From positions 744,001 to 808,000 of the forward strand of contig OZ251253.1 of assembly GCA_965240325.2 (NCBI GenBank): a stretch of DNA of 64,000 nt, read 5' to 3'. Source of the stretch: Rebecca billardiae RCC1528 (lineage: Eukaryota; Protista; Haptophyta). Under the pieces are notes generated by a model. That model saw only the letters and a program-made list of their open reading frames with translations. It made no database searches and was not told the origin of the DNA. The position numbers were made by a program, and so were the translations under genes. Shown here one piece after another: positions 62,401-64,000 of this stretch; positions within the stretch are counted from its first letter, which is position 1; every line of letters begins with the position of its first letter.

Positions 62401-64000
62401 TCGGCCGCGCACGGCGCGCAGGGCGTCGAGCTCGCGAGCGCAGCCGCGTACGCGGCGGCCGCCGCGCGGCTCGCGCGCGACGGCTTTGCCGCGCACGCGC
62501 TCGACGCGGCGCTGCGCGGGCTCACGCGGCTCGTGCGCGCGGCGCGCGCGGCGGCGGCGGCGGCGGCGCGCGCGGCGGGGGCGGCGGCGCGCGCGGCGGG
62601 GGCGGCGGTGCCGTCGGTGGAGGAGGCGGAGGAGGAGGCGGAGGCGGTGCCGTCGCCGGAGGAGGAGGCGGCGGAGGCGGCGGAGGCGCCGGAGCCGGAG
62701 CCGGAGCCGGCGGACGGCGCGCTCGGCAGCGCGCGCGGCGACTTGGCGGTCAAGTACCGGCGCGAGCTGCGCGCGCTGCTGTGGCACGCGGCGCTCGTGT
62801 GCGATCGGTACGGCGTGATCCTGCCGAGCCCGCGCGAGTCGCTCTTCGCGCAGTGGGGCGGGCGTCGCACCGTGCGCGCCGCCGCCATCAGGCTTGCTGT
62901 GGCGATCGAGGTGGCGGCGCGCGGCGGCGGCGGCGGCGCGGCGGAGGCGGAGGCGGTGGCGGCGGCGGCGCTCGCGCTCGAGGCGGCGCTCGAGGCGGCG
63001 GTCCGCTTGGCAGCCGAGGACCGCGCGCGGCGCGTGGACGCGCTCTGCGACCAGTGCGACCGCGCCGGCGTCCCGCTCGCCGCCGACGTCCGCACCAAGC
63101 TGCGCTTCTGGCTGGACGAGCCCGAGGTGGCGGCCGCGGCGGCTGAGCTCGCGCGGCTGCTGGCGGCGGACGGCGCGCGCGCCGACGCGCCCGCGGCGGC
63201 GCGCGCGCTCGAGGCGGCGCTCGAGGCGGCGGTCCGCTTGGCAGCCGAGGACCGCGCGCGGCGCGTGGACGCGCTCTGCGACCAGTGCGACCGCGCCGGC
63301 GTCCCGCTCGCCGCCGACGTCCGCACCAAGCTGCGCTTCTGGCTGGACGAGCCCGAGGTGGCGGCCGCGGCGGCTGAGCTCGCGCGGCTGCTGGCGGCGG
63401 ACGGCGCGCGCGCCGACGCGCCCGCGGCGGCGCGCGCGCTCGAGGCGGCGCTCGAGGCGGCGGTCCGCTTGGCAGCCGAGGACCGCGCGCGGCGCGTGGA
63501 CGCGCTCTGCGACCAGTGCGACCGCGCCGGCGTCCCGCTCGCCGCCGACGTCCGCACCAAGCTGCGCTTCTGGCTGGACGAGCCCGAGGTGGCGGCCGCG
63601 GCGGCTGAGCTCGCGCGGCTGCTGGCGGCGGACGGCGCGCGCGCCGACGCGCCCGCGGCGGCGCGCGCGCTCGAGGCGGCGCTCGAGGCGGCGGTCCGCT
63701 TGGCAGCCGAGGACCGCGCGCGGCGCGTGGACGCGCTCTGCGACCAGTGCGACCGCGCCGGCGTCCCGCTCGCCGCCGACGTCCGCACCAAGCTGCGCTT
63801 CTGGCTGGACGAGCCCGAGGTGGCGGCCGCGGCGGCTGAGCTCGCGCGGCTGCTGGCGGCGGACGGCGCGCGCGCCGACGCGCCCGCGGCGGCGCGCGCG
63901 CTCGAGGCGGCGGTCGAGGCGGCGGTCCGCTTGGCAGCCGAGGACCGCGCGCGGCGCGTGGACGCGCTCTGCGACCAGTGCGACCGCGCCGGCGTCCCGC
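59410..64000 (+). CDS. Large FHA-domain protein with C-terminal 77-aa tandem repeats (3' partial, >=1530 aa)
   Basis: Open frame from ATG 59410 to the window end; absent from the ORF track because it has no stop. FHA-like VLGR...LGRRHVEI...VTDLS...LNGCRL...LHEGDVLRVAG at ~60481-60714. Confidence 0.85.
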   Translation, partial: MSAMTGDAAARERLTGGMDVDDEGPDALAASSLGAAAGAASTDGRGQPRGAAAARNEQVGGDEPARKRARPLVASNAVVPDGEQKGEAKVEQAPKGAAPPAAPAAPAAPADGAAARGGAAGARSHVEDAQFAAAPPRGASAHGDGHGSGGGSGSGGGGRGRGRGRGGGGRGGRGGIRRYFAPAPPRDVSGGDGTRAAAASGADADAEAAKQLPPAGAAAGGAASAPAPTDGAGPASTSGGGRAAADSDFEEQTSCARPRAAAASAHAGAGADTPARGKQPAGAEPCGARAHAHARADDAAGGAAPALAAGSDAIAGAEPREADGASAFLAARAAAAAAPSGKGGHALLEGRSEDAPALRSGDVLGRAVQGESPAGGRVRVHNNNLGRRHVEIKGSAVTDLSPASHSSTVVSLNGCRLKAHTAYALHEGDVLRVAGRTVTKALEWTVASVAADGADGLADVTDAPDPHDAEDACTAAMLRLFLAESDAARARFVRAMRDGRTPEGFEAHTDSELFTLLARAYRGGGAHVLEFARTLGGASGGLSVDQINEVLRILGFQISARASEVNEHFNHHAPAAEAAVQMQRSAGAQVRVVQGDGPNAQLRRTLFFELLLLLALHERGGACGGEGGRAAFEELDDAARGRALLRALANLQCVNQQYFHLGLIAKALRRWFPARAHGFVPLRRLLGAVNAGVEEAWSLAGANAHVWVCDLLLGAAAGGEPVLVARAHGDAAREAADGAAPDAGAAPGVLQGWAVSCTASGVRTKLLAESYAAALALAARGLAHDALTKHGITHFEFLVTPLGRAETARLVRAAHAARGGAGFVVVPPSEVIARLRAASLRAREACLAPYAEGGAEDGAPFARRAAHVVRGACAALRDELLLDGVLTPTQAHPSLAAALRGAGAALPEGAEEDVDALLDALLAPDEACAAYQRLAAHDARLAARGVVCDEGAGPPPRHARARVDVEAVADALEAVLGPGAVPRAAREQRWDDAAALASAAHGAQGVELASAAAYAAAAARLARDGFAAHALDAALRGLTRLVRAARAAAAAAARAAGAAARAAGAAVPSVEEAEEEAEAVPSPEEEAAEAAEAPEPEPEPADGALGSARGDLAVKYRRELRALLWHAALVCDRYGVILPSPRESLFAQWGGRRTVRAAAIRLAVAIEVAARGGGGGAAEAEAVAAAALALEAALEAAVRLAAEDRARRVDALCDQCDRAGVPLAADVRTKLRFWLDEPEVAAAAAELARLLAADGARADAPAAARALEAALEAAVRLAAEDRARRVDALCDQCDRAGVPLAADVRTKLRFWLDEPEVAAAAAELARLLAADGARADAPAAARALEAALEAAVRLAAEDRARRVDALCDQCDRAGVPLAADVRTKLRFWLDEPEVAAAAAELARLLAADGARADAPAAARALEAALEAAVRLAAEDRARRVDALCDQCDRAGVPLAADVRTKLRFWLDEPEVAAAAAELARLLAADGARADAPAAARALEAAVEAAVRLAAEDRARRVDALCDQCDRAGVP
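62973..64000 (+). repeat. 231-bp in-frame tandem repeat, >=4.4 nearly identical copies
   Basis: GTCCGCTTGGCAGCCGAG starts at 63001, 63232, 63463, 63694 and 63925. Confidence 0.95.

Noticed and set aside
57406-63791. Very long minus-strand ORFs (1793, 1309 and 690 aa) and similar Arg/Ala-rich overlapping ORFs across the window
   Set aside because: Shadow frames of real GC3-rich genes: stops are rare at this GC content and the translations contain no recognisable motifs.

Overview
Very GC-rich, gene-dense eukaryotic nuclear DNA with short spliceosomal introns (GTGCG/GTGAG donors, one GC-AG). The style and gene set suggest a plastid-bearing alga, probably a haptophyte such as Pavlovales (inference). 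About 20 protein genes can be supported: FAD oxidoreductase, UBC-like/2OG-Fe(II) oxygenase fusion, two F-box-RCC1 proteins, tubulin-tyrosine ligase, Ser/Thr kinase, organellar family-A DNA polymerase, F-box-ankyrin, SGNH-like protein, secreted Cys-rich protein, TMD-only ABC protein, Popeye-like protein, aldo-keto reductase, ARM protein, GT31, FAD monooxygenase, DUF1995, FAB1/PIKfyve, a secreted unknown, and a >1500-aa FHA protein with 77-aa repeats that runs off the window. Lower-GC islands hold TIR-bounded transposon relics and a dispersed repeat family. Best finding: the oxygenase's apparent stop codon is the first of two in-frame UGAs (GGG-U-Q-U-C). These are followed by 52 more coding-like codons and a well-formed SECIS-like hairpin, which points to a candidate new di-selenocysteine protein. 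All calls come from reading motifs by eye; no searches were run.
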